Assembly: GCA_963820525.1 (NCBI GenBank)
Contig: CAWGAA010000003.1
Span: forward strand, 160,001-224,000
Length of the DNA stretch: 64,000 nucleotides
DNA from: an uncultured Spirochaetota bacterium
GTDB taxonomy: Bacteria > Spirochaetota > Spirochaetia > SZUA-6 > Fen-1364
Direction of reading: 5' to 3'
Below, piece by piece: positions 1 through 9,491 of this stretch (its first letter is position 1; each line of letters opens with the position of its first letter). The notes beneath the pieces were generated by a model. The model had not been told where the DNA came from, made no database searches, and saw only the letters and a list, made by a program, of their open reading frames with translations. A program made the position numbers and the translations under genes.

Positions 1-1
1 C

Positions 2-265
2 GGCTATCCCATCTTCACCGCCGGGGCGCTTATCTTCGGGGCCATCTGGGCGCAAACGGCGTGGGGGGCATGGTGGAGCTGGGACCCGAAAGAAACGTGG
101 GCTCTCGTGACCTGGCTGATCTACACGGCCTACCTTCACGGCCGGTTGGTGCGCGGGCTTCGGGGAAGAATCGGCGCCCTGCTCGCCATTGCGGGCTTTG
201 CGGCCACGATATTCACTTTCTTCGGCGTCAACTTCCTGCTCTCGGGACTGCACAGCTACGGCTGA
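2..265 (+). CDS. ccsA: Cytochrome c biogenesis protein CcsA/ResC, 3' part (truncated by window edge)
   Basis: Manual translation of frame 2 gives [26 protein letters not shown]...YLH...[13 protein letters not shown], the WWD motif and C-terminal LHSY of system II heme lyases. Not in the ORF track. Confidence 0.9.
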   Translation, partial: GYPIFTAGALIFGAIWAQTAWGAWWSWDPKETWALVTWLIYTAYLHGRLVRGLRGRIGALLAIAGFAATIFTFFGVNFLLSGLHSYG

Positions 266-297
266 AAATCCGAGAGCTCAAAGCGTGTCGCGCAATG

Positions 298-338
298 AGC
301 CCGCCGGGGCCCTTGGGCCGACGGCGGGCTTTGTTTTT
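298..338 (+). terminator. Probable intrinsic terminator
   Basis: AGCCCGCCG...CGGCGGGCT stem followed by TTGTTTTT, downstream of ccsA. Confidence 0.7.
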
Positions 339-360
339 ATGCGGGCCGGGAACGCGGCCC

Positions 361-420
361 CCACCCTTTGCGGCCGTCATTCGATCACGGCCACCCTTTG
401 CGGCCGTCATTCGATCGCGG
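361..420. repeat. 30-bp tandem duplication (2 copies, 1 mismatch)
   Basis: CCACCCTTTGCGGCCGTCATTCGATCACGG / CCACCCTTTGCGGCCGTCATTCGATCGCGG. Confidence 0.9.
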
Positions 421-427
421 CCTGCTC

Positions 428-1276
428 TCAGAAGTCGAGCTTGTAGGATGCGTTCAAACTGAAAGTCTGCAGCGCGCCGCCGCCTGTGAAGTTTGCGATG
501 TTGAGCGTCACGTCCAGAACCGACTTCTCGGTGAGAATAAACCCGAAGCCGGCTGCCGCCCCAGGAGAGAACTGTGTGACAGTGGAAGCCGATCCCGTGA
601 GCCCCGCCGCGACGATGTTTGTCGTCGTGATCCAGTTGACGCCGGCAGAGATTCCCCCCCGAAGCACAACCCACGGGGCCAGCTTGAACTCTCCGCCCAG
701 CACGGGGCGCAGCATCAGCCAGCCGACGGAGTCCGCGGGGCGGGAGCCGGCGCCGGGCGCTTCCGCTGCCCACGATCCGTTGCCATACACAATCGTAACG
801 AGCCCGTCGAAAAACACGGTATCCGCGGGCTTCCAATTCAGGCCCACTCCGCCACCGAATGACAGATAGCCCGCCGGATCGATGCGCGTTGTCGTGTTGT
901 CCAGGTTCGCCCCGGCAAGCGTTGCCGAGGATGAGAGGATCGTCGTGGTGCTGTCCGCAGTCCCGTTTATGTTTGAAATCAGGTTGGCCGCCTGATTGTA
1001 GGAAAACCCGACCCCGCCTCCGACCAGCAGCGTACCCAGCTTCAGCGCGATCAGGATGTCCGCCAGGTTCGTGGGGGCGTTAGGAGCGGTCACGCTCGGC
1101 AGCGCCGCGTTCGCCGCATAGCTTGCGCCGAGCCCCGTAAGGTTTCCCCTCGGCGCTCCGATCACCCATCCGTTCTCATCCGGCCTGTGAAGGAAAAGCC
1201 CCATCACGAAGGACTGGTTCGCGGCGCCGAGAACCACGCCGGCGTTACCGTTGGGGTTTCCCGTCCAATAGCTCAC
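428..1276 (-). CDS. Putative outer-membrane beta-barrel protein, apparently lacking an N-terminal signal peptide (possibly a truncated remnant)
   Basis: Gly-rich alternating beta-strand patterns and C-terminal SYKLDF with terminal Phe. The GTG start overlaps the xylB stop (GTGA). Confidence 0.5.
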   Translation of the reverse strand: MSYWTGNPNGNAGVVLGAANQSFVMGLFLHRPDENGWVIGAPRGNLTGLGASYAANAALPSVTAPNAPTNLADILIALKLGTLLVGGGVGFSYNQAANLISNINGTADSTTTILSSSATLAGANLDNTTTRIDPAGYLSFGGGVGLNWKPADTVFFDGLVTIVYGNGSWAAEAPGAGSRPADSVGWLMLRPVLGGEFKLAPWVVLRGGISAGVNWITTTNIVAAGLTGSASTVTQFSPGAAAGFGFILTEKSVLDVTLNIANFTGGGALQTFSLNASYKLDF

Positions 1277-2817
1277 GGCTTCGCCAGAAGCTTTCCCAGC
1301 GCCTCTTCCCAGGCGCCGTACGCATCACGGTAGGCGGATTGCAGCTCGGGGCGCGGCTCAACGGCACGCACGGCGGCGAGGCCCTCGAACGCCGAGCGGG
1401 CATCGCGATAGATTCCCGCGCCCAGCCCGGCTCCGCGCGCCGCCCCCTGGGAGCCGTCGGTGCTGTAGAGCTCAACGCGGGCACCGGTAGCGCACGCAAA
1501 TGCCTCGGTGAACAGGTCGCTCAGGAACATGTTGGCATAGCCCGCGCGCACCGTGCGCGCCTCCATGCCCATCCCGCCCATGATGCGAAGCCCATAGCGC
1601 AGCGCGAAGACAATCCCCTCCTGGGCGGCCCGCAGGACGTGCCCGATATCGTGGCGATTGAAATCGAGGCTCAAGACCGCGGAGCCGATGTTGAGGTTAT
1701 CCAGTGTGCGCTCCGCCCCATTGCCGAAGGGGAGGATTAAAAGCCCCCCGGAGCCCACCGGCGCTTTGCCCGCCAGAGCGTTGAGCTGCTCGTAGCTCAC
1801 CCGGTTCGACTGCCCCATGAGGTTCCGCCTGATCCAGCTGTACAGAATCCCCGTCCCGTTGAGGCAGAGGAGAATCCCATAACGCGGTTTCTGCTGGCTG
1901 TGGCTGACGTGGAGGAAGGTGTTGACCCGGGACTGGGGGTCGGAGCGCGCGCTTTCCGACACCCCGTAGACCACGCCCGAGGTTCCGGCGGTGGCTGCCG
2001 CCTCCCCGGGGTCGAGCACCTTGAGGGAGAAGGCATTGTTGGGCTGATCGCCGGCGCGATACGCGACGGAAACGCCGGGAAGGAGCCCCAGCTCCGAGGC
2101 GGCCTCTGCGGTGACGGACCCCTGGAGAGAGAAGGTGGGTACGACATCCGCAAGGAGACTGCGCGGTATGCCGTAGTAATCGATCACGATGTCTGAAAGA
2201 CCTCCCTGGCTGAAATCCCAGAGGATCCCCTCGGAGAGCCCGCTGGCCGTGGTCCTGACCTCTCCCGTCATTCGCATCGCCACGTAGTCTCCCGGGAGCA
2301 TTGCCTTATGGGCTCGCTTGAAGATATCGGGCTCGTTCTGCTTGACCCAGGCTATCTTGGAAGCCGTGAAGTTCCCCGGGGAGTTGAGCAGATGCGAGAG
2401 GCAGACCTCTCGGCCTATCTCGCGAAACGCCTCCTCCCCGATATCAACCGCGCGGCTGTCGCACCAGATGATCGCCGGCCGCAATACCGCGCGAGCCTTA
2501 TCCACGAGCACCAGGCCGTGCATCTGGTAGGAGATCCCGATGGCGGCCACCTCTCGGCCGAGGCCGGCCGCCGACGCTCTGCGCGCGGCCGGGGAAGCCT
2601 CGGCTTTTTGAAGCATCTTGCGCGTGGCGAGGACCACGTGGCGCCACCATTGCTCGGGATCCTGCTCGGCCCAACCCGGCCTCGGCGCTGAGATCGGCAT
2701 CTCCTGGTCTGGAGAAGACGCCGAGGCGACGGCCGTGCCGCTTTCGGCGTCGAGGAGCGTTGCCTTGATGGAAGAGCTTCCCACGTCGTAACCCAGGAGA
2801 AAGCGCTTTGCAGCCAT
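1273..2817 (-). CDS. xylB: Xylulokinase (FGGY family)
   Basis: GYDVGSSSIK, GWAEQDPEQWW, ISYQMHGLVLVD, AIIWCDSR, GDQPNNA, AGTSGV motifs. Confidence 0.88.
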   Translation of the reverse strand: MAAKRFLLGYDVGSSSIKATLLDAESGTAVASASSPDQEMPISAPRPGWAEQDPEQWWRHVVLATRKMLQKAEASPAARRASAAGLGREVAAIGISYQMHGLVLVDKARAVLRPAIIWCDSRAVDIGEEAFREIGREVCLSHLLNSPGNFTASKIAWVKQNEPDIFKRAHKAMLPGDYVAMRMTGEVRTTASGLSEGILWDFSQGGLSDIVIDYYGIPRSLLADVVPTFSLQGSVTAEAASELGLLPGVSVAYRAGDQPNNAFSLKVLDPGEAAATAGTSGVVYGVSESARSDPQSRVNTFLHVSHSQQKPRYGILLCLNGTGILYSWIRRNLMGQSNRVSYEQLNALAGKAPVGSGGLLILPFGNGAERTLDNLNIGSAVLSLDFNRHDIGHVLRAAQEGIVFALRYGLRIMGGMGMEARTVRAGYANMFLSDLFTEAFACATGARVELYSTDGSQGAARGAGLGAGIYRDARSAFEGLAAVRAVEPRPELQSAYRDAYGAWEEALGKLLAKP

Positions 2818-3036
2818 GAACCGGGCTCCTTTCCTTTCTCAGGGATGGTATCAAGGTTATATACCTTCAAGCCCCGCGGGGAAAAGCCGTCTCCCGCGGT
2901 TTTCATTCCGCGATCCCTCACGTTGACTCCGCAGCCGCCGGGGGTTATCCTCGGTGTCGGGGCTCGATGCGGTATCGAGGAAGCCCCGCGCGCGTGTTGA
3001 ATTCTATAAGATGCCGGGAATCCGAGAGGAGGCGTC

Positions 3037-3297
3037 ATGGCAGGCGACATCGTGAACGAGTTCAAGGTCAGGGGTGAGGAGTTGCTCAAGAAGATCAGGG
3101 ACCTGATCCACGAGGGAAATGTCAGAAAGATCATCATCAAGGACGACAAGGGGAACACGTACCTCGAGTTTCCCTTGACCTTCGGAGTGGTCGGCGCCGT
3201 GCTGGCCCCCGTATGGGCCGCCATCGGGGCCCTTGCAGCGATGGCGTCGAATTTCACCGTGGAAGTTGTAAAAAAGGACGAAGAGCAGAAAACCTAA
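3037..3297 (+). CDS. DUF4342-type small protein
   Basis: EFKVRGEELLKKIRDLIHEGNVRKIIIKD...LEFPLTFGVVGAVLAPVWAAIGA pattern; GGAGG RBS. Confidence 0.75.
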   Translation: MAGDIVNEFKVRGEELLKKIRDLIHEGNVRKIIIKDDKGNTYLEFPLTFGVVGAVLAPVWAAIGALAAMASNFTVEVVKKDEEQKT

Positions 3298-3318
3298 GAG
3301 GATTTTGCCCGATACGCT

Positions 3319-3513
3319 TCAGCGCCGGCCGCCTCCCAGAACGCGCGCCGGCAGCATGAGTATGGCCCGCACGAGGTCGAACACGGCATCCAGCGTGAAC
3401 CCGACAATCCGAAAGGGCAGCAGCACCAGCCACAGGATCGGATAGAGGATGAGCACGACCAGGGCCAGGGGCCAGCAGATCACAAGAAGTATGAACCAGA
3501 GAAGAATTCTCAT
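3319..3513 (-). CDS. Small hydrophobic membrane protein (64 aa)
   Basis: MRILLWFILLVICWPLALVVLILYP...; ATG at 3513 with GGAGG upstream. Confidence 0.7.
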   Translation of the reverse strand: MRILLWFILLVICWPLALVVLILYPILWLVLLPFRIVGFTLDAVFDLVRAILMLPARVLGGGRR

Positions 3514-3576
3514 GGAATTGCCTCCATCAGGGAAAAGGTTCCCAACCAGCCCTGCTGGGATACCCCCGGCGGGGAT

Positions 3577-3653
3577 ACCATAGTAGGGCTGCAATATCGA
3601 TGTCAAGTTGCATTGTTTTTATGCTTGACAATTCCAGGCATGTATGCTACTTA
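3577..3653. promoter_or_regulatory. Back-to-back sigma70-like promoters
   Basis: TTGACA on the minus strand (3601-3606, TATGGT 18 nt downstream) and on the plus strand (3625-3630, weak -10), in an AT-rich gap between divergent genes. Confidence 0.5.
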
Positions 3654-3654
3654 A

Positions 3655-3682
3655 TTAGTGTATTAGTTAATTAGGACACTAA
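3655..3682. promoter_or_regulatory. Palindromic operator resembling GntR/YtrA-subfamily sites
   Basis: TTAGTGT-ATTAGTTAATTAGG-ACACTAA, a near-perfect 28-bp palindrome between promoter and RBS. Confidence 0.65.
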
Positions 3683-3696
3683 GAAGGAGGAAAATC

Positions 3697-3972
3697 ATGT
3701 CCGACAGTAATGAGAAGTTGGATCTGGCACGGAGGATCGCGGTAAGGAAAATGAGCTTCATCAGGCACGCGATCGTCTATCTCATCGTGATGCTCGCCCT
3801 GGTGCTCATCAACAACCTGACGTGGAGCGGCTACCAGTGGTGGCTCTGGCCGGCGATCCTGTGGGGAATCGGCGTCAGCGCCCACTTCGTCTCCGCCTAC
3901 CTCCCGCGGGAGGGGAGCCTGGTGGACCAGCTGACCAAGAGGGAAATGGAGAAGATGGATGAAAAGAAATAG
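3697..3972 (+). CDS. 2TM domain membrane protein
   Basis: ARR...F.RHAIVYL.V...L..IN...WWLWPAILWGIG...H pattern; AAGGAGG RBS. Confidence 0.8.
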   Translation: MSDSNEKLDLARRIAVRKMSFIRHAIVYLIVMLALVLINNLTWSGYQWWLWPAILWGIGVSAHFVSAYLPREGSLVDQLTKREMEKMDEKK

Positions 3973-4876
3973 TCTCAGCCCCATCGACATCCTGGGAATC
4001 ACCCTCGGAACCATCGTTATCCTGCTCGTCGTGGTCGGGATCATTTTCGTCGCCCGTTTCGGGCCGGTTCGCGGGCCGTGGTTCCCGGGCCGCCACTGGG
4101 CGGAAGAGTTCGGCCATGACTGGTCCGAGGAGTTCTCGGGAGGCGGCGCGCTGCGGGAAGAGAAAGACCAGAGCATTGCAGGAAGCTTCCGGGAAGTCGA
4201 GATCCAGAACGTGGCCGGAGAGATCAGGATATCCGGCGGGTCTGCCGGCGAGGTTCAGGTGCACTCGGTCAAAACCGCTTCATCCGCCCGCGCCATGCAG
4301 GCGGTGCAGGTGGAGATCGAAAAGCAGTCAGAACGCCTCGTGATCCGGGAAAAACGGGAAGACTGGCCCCGGTTCCGCTCGGGATCCATCTCGTACACGG
4401 TAACCCTTCCCCGTGGGGTGAAGTCGGTCGTCGCGCACTCGGTGAGCGGCAGCATCGAGGTTTCCAACATTGAGCCGGGGCTCGATCAGCGGCTGGAAAC
4501 GATCTCGGGGAGCATCAGGACCGACAGGGCGCACAACCTGTGGGCCAACTCGACGAGCGGCCAGATCGACTTCGCCTTCGGGGGGCAGACCCTCGAGGCG
4601 CGCTCCATCTCGGGCTCCGTCCAGGGCGATATCCAGTCCATCGAGAAGGGCGGATCGGTCAACATCAGCACCATATCCGGCGCCGTTTCACTCGACGCTT
4701 TCGCGGGACTGGATGCGGGCCTCAACCTGCGCAGCCTGAGCGGGCATGTGTCGTGCGATTTTCCCGTCACCATCTCTTCGCAGAAGAACAACTCACTGGA
4801 GGGAAAGATCGGGGGCGGAAGCATTCCCATTACGATCAACTCGGTCAGCGGCTCCATCAGAATAGACAAGAGGTAG
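3959..4876 (+). CDS. DUF4097 (beta-strand repeat, adhesin-like) membrane-anchored protein
   Basis: N-terminal TM helix and repeated SVSGSI/TISGSI/SISGSV motifs. Confidence 0.85.
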   Translation: MKRNSLSPIDILGITLGTIVILLVVVGIIFVARFGPVRGPWFPGRHWAEEFGHDWSEEFSGGGALREEKDQSIAGSFREVEIQNVAGEIRISGGSAGEVQVHSVKTASSARAMQAVQVEIEKQSERLVIREKREDWPRFRSGSISYTVTLPRGVKSVVAHSVSGSIEVSNIEPGLDQRLETISGSIRTDRAHNLWANSTSGQIDFAFGGQTLEARSISGSVQGDIQSIEKGGSVNISTISGAVSLDAFAGLDAGLNLRSLSGHVSCDFPVTISSQKNNSLEGKIGGGSIPITINSVSGSIRIDKR

Positions 4877-4897
4877 CGCGAATACTCAATCGAATCG

Positions 4898-4925
4898 AAA
4901 AAGCCCGCTCCGGCGGGCTTTTTTA
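4898..4925. terminator. Bidirectional intrinsic terminator
   Basis: AAAAAGCCCGC-TCCG-GCGGGCTTTTTT between convergent genes. Confidence 0.85.
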
Positions 4926-5182
4926 TGTCCTTCGCGTCGTCTCTGCCCGAAAGCGGGGTGCCCCGGCCTTCAGAGCTTCCGTACCGCCTCGTTCCACTGC
5001 CTGAGGGTGCCGGCGAGCACACGGGCGGCCGCAGAATCCGGCTCAAGCGCTCGAGCCCTCGATCGGAATGAGGCCGTATGGCACTGCGATGGAAACCCGG
5101 GTCATTCTCATCAGCGCAAAGGCGACCCCGTCGATGGTTGCGCCGCGCTTGGCCTCGTACTCCGCGGTCCTTCGCCCGCCGA

Positions 5183-5746
5183 TCAGGTGGATCCCCACCT
5201 GATCCGCACTCCAACGACGGGAGTGTAGATCAGCACGTCTTCGAAGGGCATTCCGGGAATCAGATTGCCGAGCACCTGGAAGCCGGCGTAGCCCACAAGC
5301 TGCATCCATCGGGTGACGGGAATGCCCAGCTCGAGGTTCAGCTCTCCAAAAGCGGCCATGAAGCCGGAGGGATTCTCGAAATCGACGGCAAGCCCGCCGA
5401 GCCCGAGCCAGAGATTCACCGCCACGGTGAAAGGGCCGATGCGAAGCTCCTGCCCCGTGATCAACCCCCCGATGCCTCCCGAGATATCGGGCTGGCCCGC
5501 CGTGGAGCCGATGCCGGTGAAGGCCATGCCGAATCCACCGATCCTCTGGCCGTCCGCGGAGACCCCGTAGCCGAAGCCGCCCACGGAGAAAGCGCTGAGA
5601 TCCCTGTTGGCGAAATCTGGATCGTAGTACTGCGAGCCGAAGGTGATACCGCCCCCGCCGTGGGCAAAGAGGGGACAGGCGGCGAGGGCAATCAAAAGGG
5701 AGATGACCGAAATGACGCGAAGCCTTCTCATGTCAGATTCCTCCAT
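5183..5746 (-). CDS. Secreted small outer-membrane beta-barrel-like protein
   Basis: Signal peptide (MRRLRVISVISLLIALAACPLFA), Gly/aromatic beta strands, ends GVRIRWGST. Confidence 0.65.
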   Translation of the reverse strand: MEESDMRRLRVISVISLLIALAACPLFAHGGGGITFGSQYYDPDFANRDLSAFSVGGFGYGVSADGQRIGGFGMAFTGIGSTAGQPDISGGIGGLITGQELRIGPFTVAVNLWLGLGGLAVDFENPSGFMAAFGELNLELGIPVTRWMQLVGYAGFQVLGNLIPGMPFEDVLIYTPVVGVRIRWGST

Positions 5747-5754
5747 GATGCGTT

Positions 5755-8052
5755 CTACAGCTGCGCTCCGATAAACAGACGCGGAGCGAAACGAGCTGCC
5801 TCCGTGCGCGTCCCGTCGGGCTCTGATGATATGTACGGCAAATACATGTCAACAACCGCCCCCGCAGTCACGGCCATACCGAACACGGGCAGCCCGAGGG
5901 TGGCTTTGAACTGCGGCAGCATGTTCCCCGCCTCGGTCACGTACCAGTCGGCGCCGCCGACGTGCACGGACTGCAGGGTGAGATCGAGGTCGAGGAAAAA
6001 GGGCGAGAGAGGAATATGCCCCCCGAACCCCACGCCGTATGACCAGCGCACGGGGTCGCTTCCCTGCTCGTAGCCCGCCGTGAGCAGGGTATGGGTATAG
6101 CGGGAGCCGAGCTTGAGGGCCGCGTGCCAGCTGGAACCCGTGTCCCACCACATCTCCAGCTCCTGCCTCCCGGCAAGCTCGAAGGTGAGAAGGCCGAACG
6201 GGATCCCGTCGATCACCCGGGCGAAGTTGAAAAGCCCCACCTGGGTGCCCTTCACGGTCCCCGCGATGTTCACAAGCCCCACCTGGGCTCCGTTGACCGT
6301 GTCGGCCACGTTGACCACGCTTATCTGCGGGCCGGCCACTTCCGGAGCGTAGTTGCCCACGCCGGAGATCTGGGCGCCCCTGAAGCGGTCCTGCGACCAG
6401 TTGAACACGCCGGCGATCTGGGCGCCGCTGGATTCCCCGAAGGTCACATTGGCAAGCCCGGAAACGGCGACTCCCTTCTGGCCTCCCGCGGCGATGCACG
6501 AGATTCCAGCGGCCTGGAATCCGGAGGCGAAACCGCCGGTATAGTTGACAATCCCGGCCATCTGGAAGCCCGACGTATCCTCGAGGTTCAGGTTGACGAT
6601 CCCCGCGCTCTGGAAGCCGGAGAAGCTTCCCATGTCGAAGTTGACGATCCCGGCCATCTGCATGAAGCGGCTGTCACGGCCGGCGAAATTCCCGATCCCG
6701 GCCAGCTGCATGCCCCGGACCTTTCCGAGAACGAGGTTTGCAAGCCCGGCCGCCTGGTAGCCGCTCATGGTCTCGGATTCGATATTGGCCAGAACCCCCG
6801 CCTCGAATCCGCTCATGTTGGCGGAGGTTCCCACCAGCATGTTGATGACCACGTTGCGATCCGTTTGGGAAGAGAAAAGCCCATCCTTCAAGTCGGGAAA
6901 GAAGGAGAAGGTGAACTCCTCGACGCGCCGCGGCTTTTCCGTGATGTCGGACGCCGGAGGCTCGTCCTCGGCGTCGCCGCGCGGGATGGTCCTGTCCGCG
7001 GAGAAAGTCCACAGATCCGTGGAGGAGAGGACGCTGCGCTTGTTCGCCGAGATCTTCACCTCGGCGCGATAGCGCGTGTCCTTGGCGTCGAGCACGACGG
7101 CGTAGGCGCCGGGCTCCAGCCCGAGCTCCACCTTCTGACCCTCGGGCTTGTTCAGCTCCACCGCCAGCACGCCCCGGGCGTCCCGGATGTAGAGCCGGCC
7201 CGACACGTCCTCCGCCACGATGAGCCCGGCGGACGCGGCCCGAAGGTCCGTGAGCACGAGGTCTCCCGAGCCGGTGAGGTTGATATCGTAGGCGGGGTGC
7301 TGGGGTCCGTACTGGGTCTTCTCCGTGGAGGCGAGGGTCTCCTGGAAAGCGAAGGCATATGCTTCGTTCAGGGTCACCAGGCCGTCACCGTTGGCATCCG
7401 CGGCGCCGCGAAGACCGGAGACGAGGTAGTGGGTGAAGAACGACGCCCCGATCTTGTCGGATTCCTGCGCCGACTCCTCCGCGGAGCTTGAGGTGAGAAA
7501 CGCGTGGCCCTTCATGTCGGTGGAAGCGTCGAAGAGGAACGCGGGCCGCCAGGTCCCACCCTTGGTCCGGGTGAGGGCTCCCGAGGCGCAGGAATCGAGC
7601 ACCGCCACGCGAACGTCCGAGGGGACGTCCACGATCTGTTTTCGAAGCTCGTCGTAGGGGAAGCTTTCCGTTCCGAGGATCAGCCCCTCGTCGTCGGAGT
7701 GGCCGGAGTAATAGATGAGAAGCTCCCGCCGCTCTCCGCCTTCCCGCTCGCTTTCCATCATCGCCTGGACGCGCCGCAGGCCGTCCTGGAACTCGGACAA
7801 GCGGGGGTCGATGAGCAGGAGCATGTCGCCGTCCTTTACTCCCCCGAGCTCCTTGAGCACGGTGGCGAAGCTCCTGGCGTCCGAGGTGGCGTATTTCAGC
7901 TTCATCCGCGTCGGGCCTCCATTGTTGGAGCCCGCCACCAGGGCGAAACGGCGAAGGGGTACGACGCCGGAGCCCGCTCCATCCGCCGTCAGGGGGATGG
8001 CTCCGACCAGAGCGAAAATGAGAGCCAGACCGAAAAATGACCTTCTATCCAT
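5755..8052 (-). CDS. Secreted caspase-like peptidase (C14) with C-terminal beta-repeat region and barrel-like tail
   Basis: Signal peptide; catalytic His (YYSGHSD) and Cys (VLDSCASG); AQESD..GASFFTHYLVSGLRGAAD; many GxQxAGxxN repeats. Confidence 0.88.
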   Translation of the reverse strand: MDRRSFFGLALIFALVGAIPLTADGAGSGVVPLRRFALVAGSNNGGPTRMKLKYATSDARSFATVLKELGGVKDGDMLLLIDPRLSEFQDGLRRVQAMMESEREGGERRELLIYYSGHSDDEGLILGTESFPYDELRKQIVDVPSDVRVAVLDSCASGALTRTKGGTWRPAFLFDASTDMKGHAFLTSSSAEESAQESDKIGASFFTHYLVSGLRGAADANGDGLVTLNEAYAFAFQETLASTEKTQYGPQHPAYDINLTGSGDLVLTDLRAASAGLIVAEDVSGRLYIRDARGVLAVELNKPEGQKVELGLEPGAYAVVLDAKDTRYRAEVKISANKRSVLSSTDLWTFSADRTIPRGDAEDEPPASDITEKPRRVEEFTFSFFPDLKDGLFSSQTDRNVVINMLVGTSANMSGFEAGVLANIESETMSGYQAAGLANLVLGKVRGMQLAGIGNFAGRDSRFMQMAGIVNFDMGSFSGFQSAGIVNLNLEDTSGFQMAGIVNYTGGFASGFQAAGISCIAAGGQKGVAVSGLANVTFGESSGAQIAGVFNWSQDRFRGAQISGVGNYAPEVAGPQISVVNVADTVNGAQVGLVNIAGTVKGTQVGLFNFARVIDGIPFGLLTFELAGRQELEMWWDTGSSWHAALKLGSRYTHTLLTAGYEQGSDPVRWSYGVGFGGHIPLSPFFLDLDLTLQSVHVGGADWYVTEAGNMLPQFKATLGLPVFGMAVTAGAVVDMYLPYISSEPDGTRTEAARFAPRLFIGAQL

Positions 8053-8058
8053 TGAAGT

Positions 8059-8865
8059 TTATCCTTGTTTCCTGAGCGTCATCGAGAACATGCTCACCCC
8101 GGAGGGAAGCCGCAGGCTTTCCGTATCCGCCGTTCGCGGCTTTGAGGTGAGGGCGCGCGCCGCCAGGGCGATCTTCTGCACGTCGAAGGGAGAGCGGGCG
8201 TACACGAAAAAGAACCTTTCGAACCCCGGAGCGTCATCAAGCTCGTAGGCGAAAGGGAGCACCGCCTGCCCCTGCCTTTCGAGCTCGGGGGAGTTGAGCG
8301 ACTGCCCCTTGTAGTTTCCAGGCAGGTGGTAGGTAAGGACGCCGCGGCCGTCCACGGAAAAGATCACGCCATAGCGCGCTTCCCCGCCCACGTAGCCGAT
8401 CTGAAGGACGTCCTTGGGGTGGACCGCCGAACCGTCCACCAGCTCCTCCGCCCTTCCCGAAGTCTTCTTGAATATGGTGAGATGCGGATTACCGCCCTTC
8501 ACCCTCGTCACCTCCGCTCCCGCTGCCCGCGCAAGGAAAGGCAGCATTGCGTCGCGCAATGTGAAAAACGAGATCAGCACGAGGGCCGCCGCTGCCGCCG
8601 GCAGGATGTAGGGCAGATACGAGCGCCTCCTCGGCTCACGGGCCCGCCCTTCCCCGAGCCTCTCCCGGATGCCGGGGGCCACCCGCTGGGGCGGGTACAT
8701 TGAAAGAATCTCCTGGTTGGACCGCTCGATCTCGGAGAGCCTCGCGCGGAGCTTCTCGTCCGCCTGCAGGGCTTCCCGGACTCTTTGGCTCTCCGCGGCG
8801 GGAAGCTCCCCCAGGACATACTGCTCCAGATGGAGATCCGATACCGTCCATGACTCGCGCCTCAT
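8059..8865 (-). CDS. Putative anti-sigma factor (single TM, DUF4384/ActD-like periplasmic domain)
   Basis: N-terminal LEQYVLGEL, TM helix, RVKGG, SVDGRGVLTYHLP, LPFAYELDDAPGFERFF; directly follows the ECF sigma gene (ATGA overlap). Confidence 0.78.
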   Translation of the reverse strand: MRRESWTVSDLHLEQYVLGELPAAESQRVREALQADEKLRARLSEIERSNQEILSMYPPQRVAPGIRERLGEGRAREPRRRSYLPYILPAAAAALVLISFFTLRDAMLPFLARAAGAEVTRVKGGNPHLTIFKKTSGRAEELVDGSAVHPKDVLQIGYVGGEARYGVIFSVDGRGVLTYHLPGNYKGQSLNSPELERQGQAVLPFAYELDDAPGFERFFFVYARSPFDVQKIALAARALTSKPRTADTESLRLPSGVSMFSMTLRKQG

Positions 8866-9368
8866 GACTGGGCCTCCTCGAGCGCCCGCGTGCGCGTCTT
8901 GAGCGCCGCCAAACGCTTTCTTACCCCGGAGACCGAGAGCCCCACGTGGGAGGCCACCTCCTCCAGGGTCATCTTGTCCACATAATGCAACACCGCCATG
9001 GTGCGCGTGGACGACTGCTCGCGCCGAAAAATCCGCTCGAGGAAATGCCGTGTCACCGCCATTTCCTCTACGTCCTCCGCGGACGCGACAGTAAGGAGGA
9101 TTTCGTCACCGGAGATCTTCGGGTGCCGCCGGTCCGAGCGCAGCATGTTCAGGCAGACATTGGTGGCGATGCAGTACAAAAGGCTCGATGGAGCCCGATC
9201 GTTCAGCCGCTCGCTGTGGCGGAGCACGCGGACGAACGTGTCCTGCATCGCATCCAGGGCCCGCTCCTCGTCGCCGAGGAGCCGTCTGCACCTGCGCAAG
9301 ACCATGGGACCGTACTTATTGTAGAGAGCTTCTACGTTCAGCGCCAAGGGGATCCCCCAATCCTCCAT
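8862..9368 (-). CDS. ECF RNA polymerase sigma factor (start may be TTG 9347)
   Basis: Region 2 LYNKYGPMVLRRCRRLLGDEERALDAMQDTF...LYCIATNVCLN and region 4 TLEEVASHVGLSVSGVRKRL. Confidence 0.9.
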   Translation of the reverse strand: MEDWGIPLALNVEALYNKYGPMVLRRCRRLLGDEERALDAMQDTFVRVLRHSERLNDRAPSSLLYCIATNVCLNMLRSDRRHPKISGDEILLTVASAEDVEEMAVTRHFLERIFRREQSSTRTMAVLHYVDKMTLEEVASHVGLSVSGVRKRLAALKTRTRALEEAQS

Positions 9369-9491
9369 TGACTATAACACGAAAGAGGGTGAAAAATGGT
9401 ACCGGACAATTCGGCGCGCACGCAGTGACACTTGGCGGCGGACCCCGTGTTCCATTGGTGTCTGAACCACGGACACAATGGAGGTTTACCA

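Noticed and set aside
361..420. CRISPR array
   Set aside because: Only two abutting copies, no spacers, no cas genes.
4960..5180. Degraded gene fragment on the minus strand
   Set aside because: Short protein-like stretches in different frames but no recognisable family or start.
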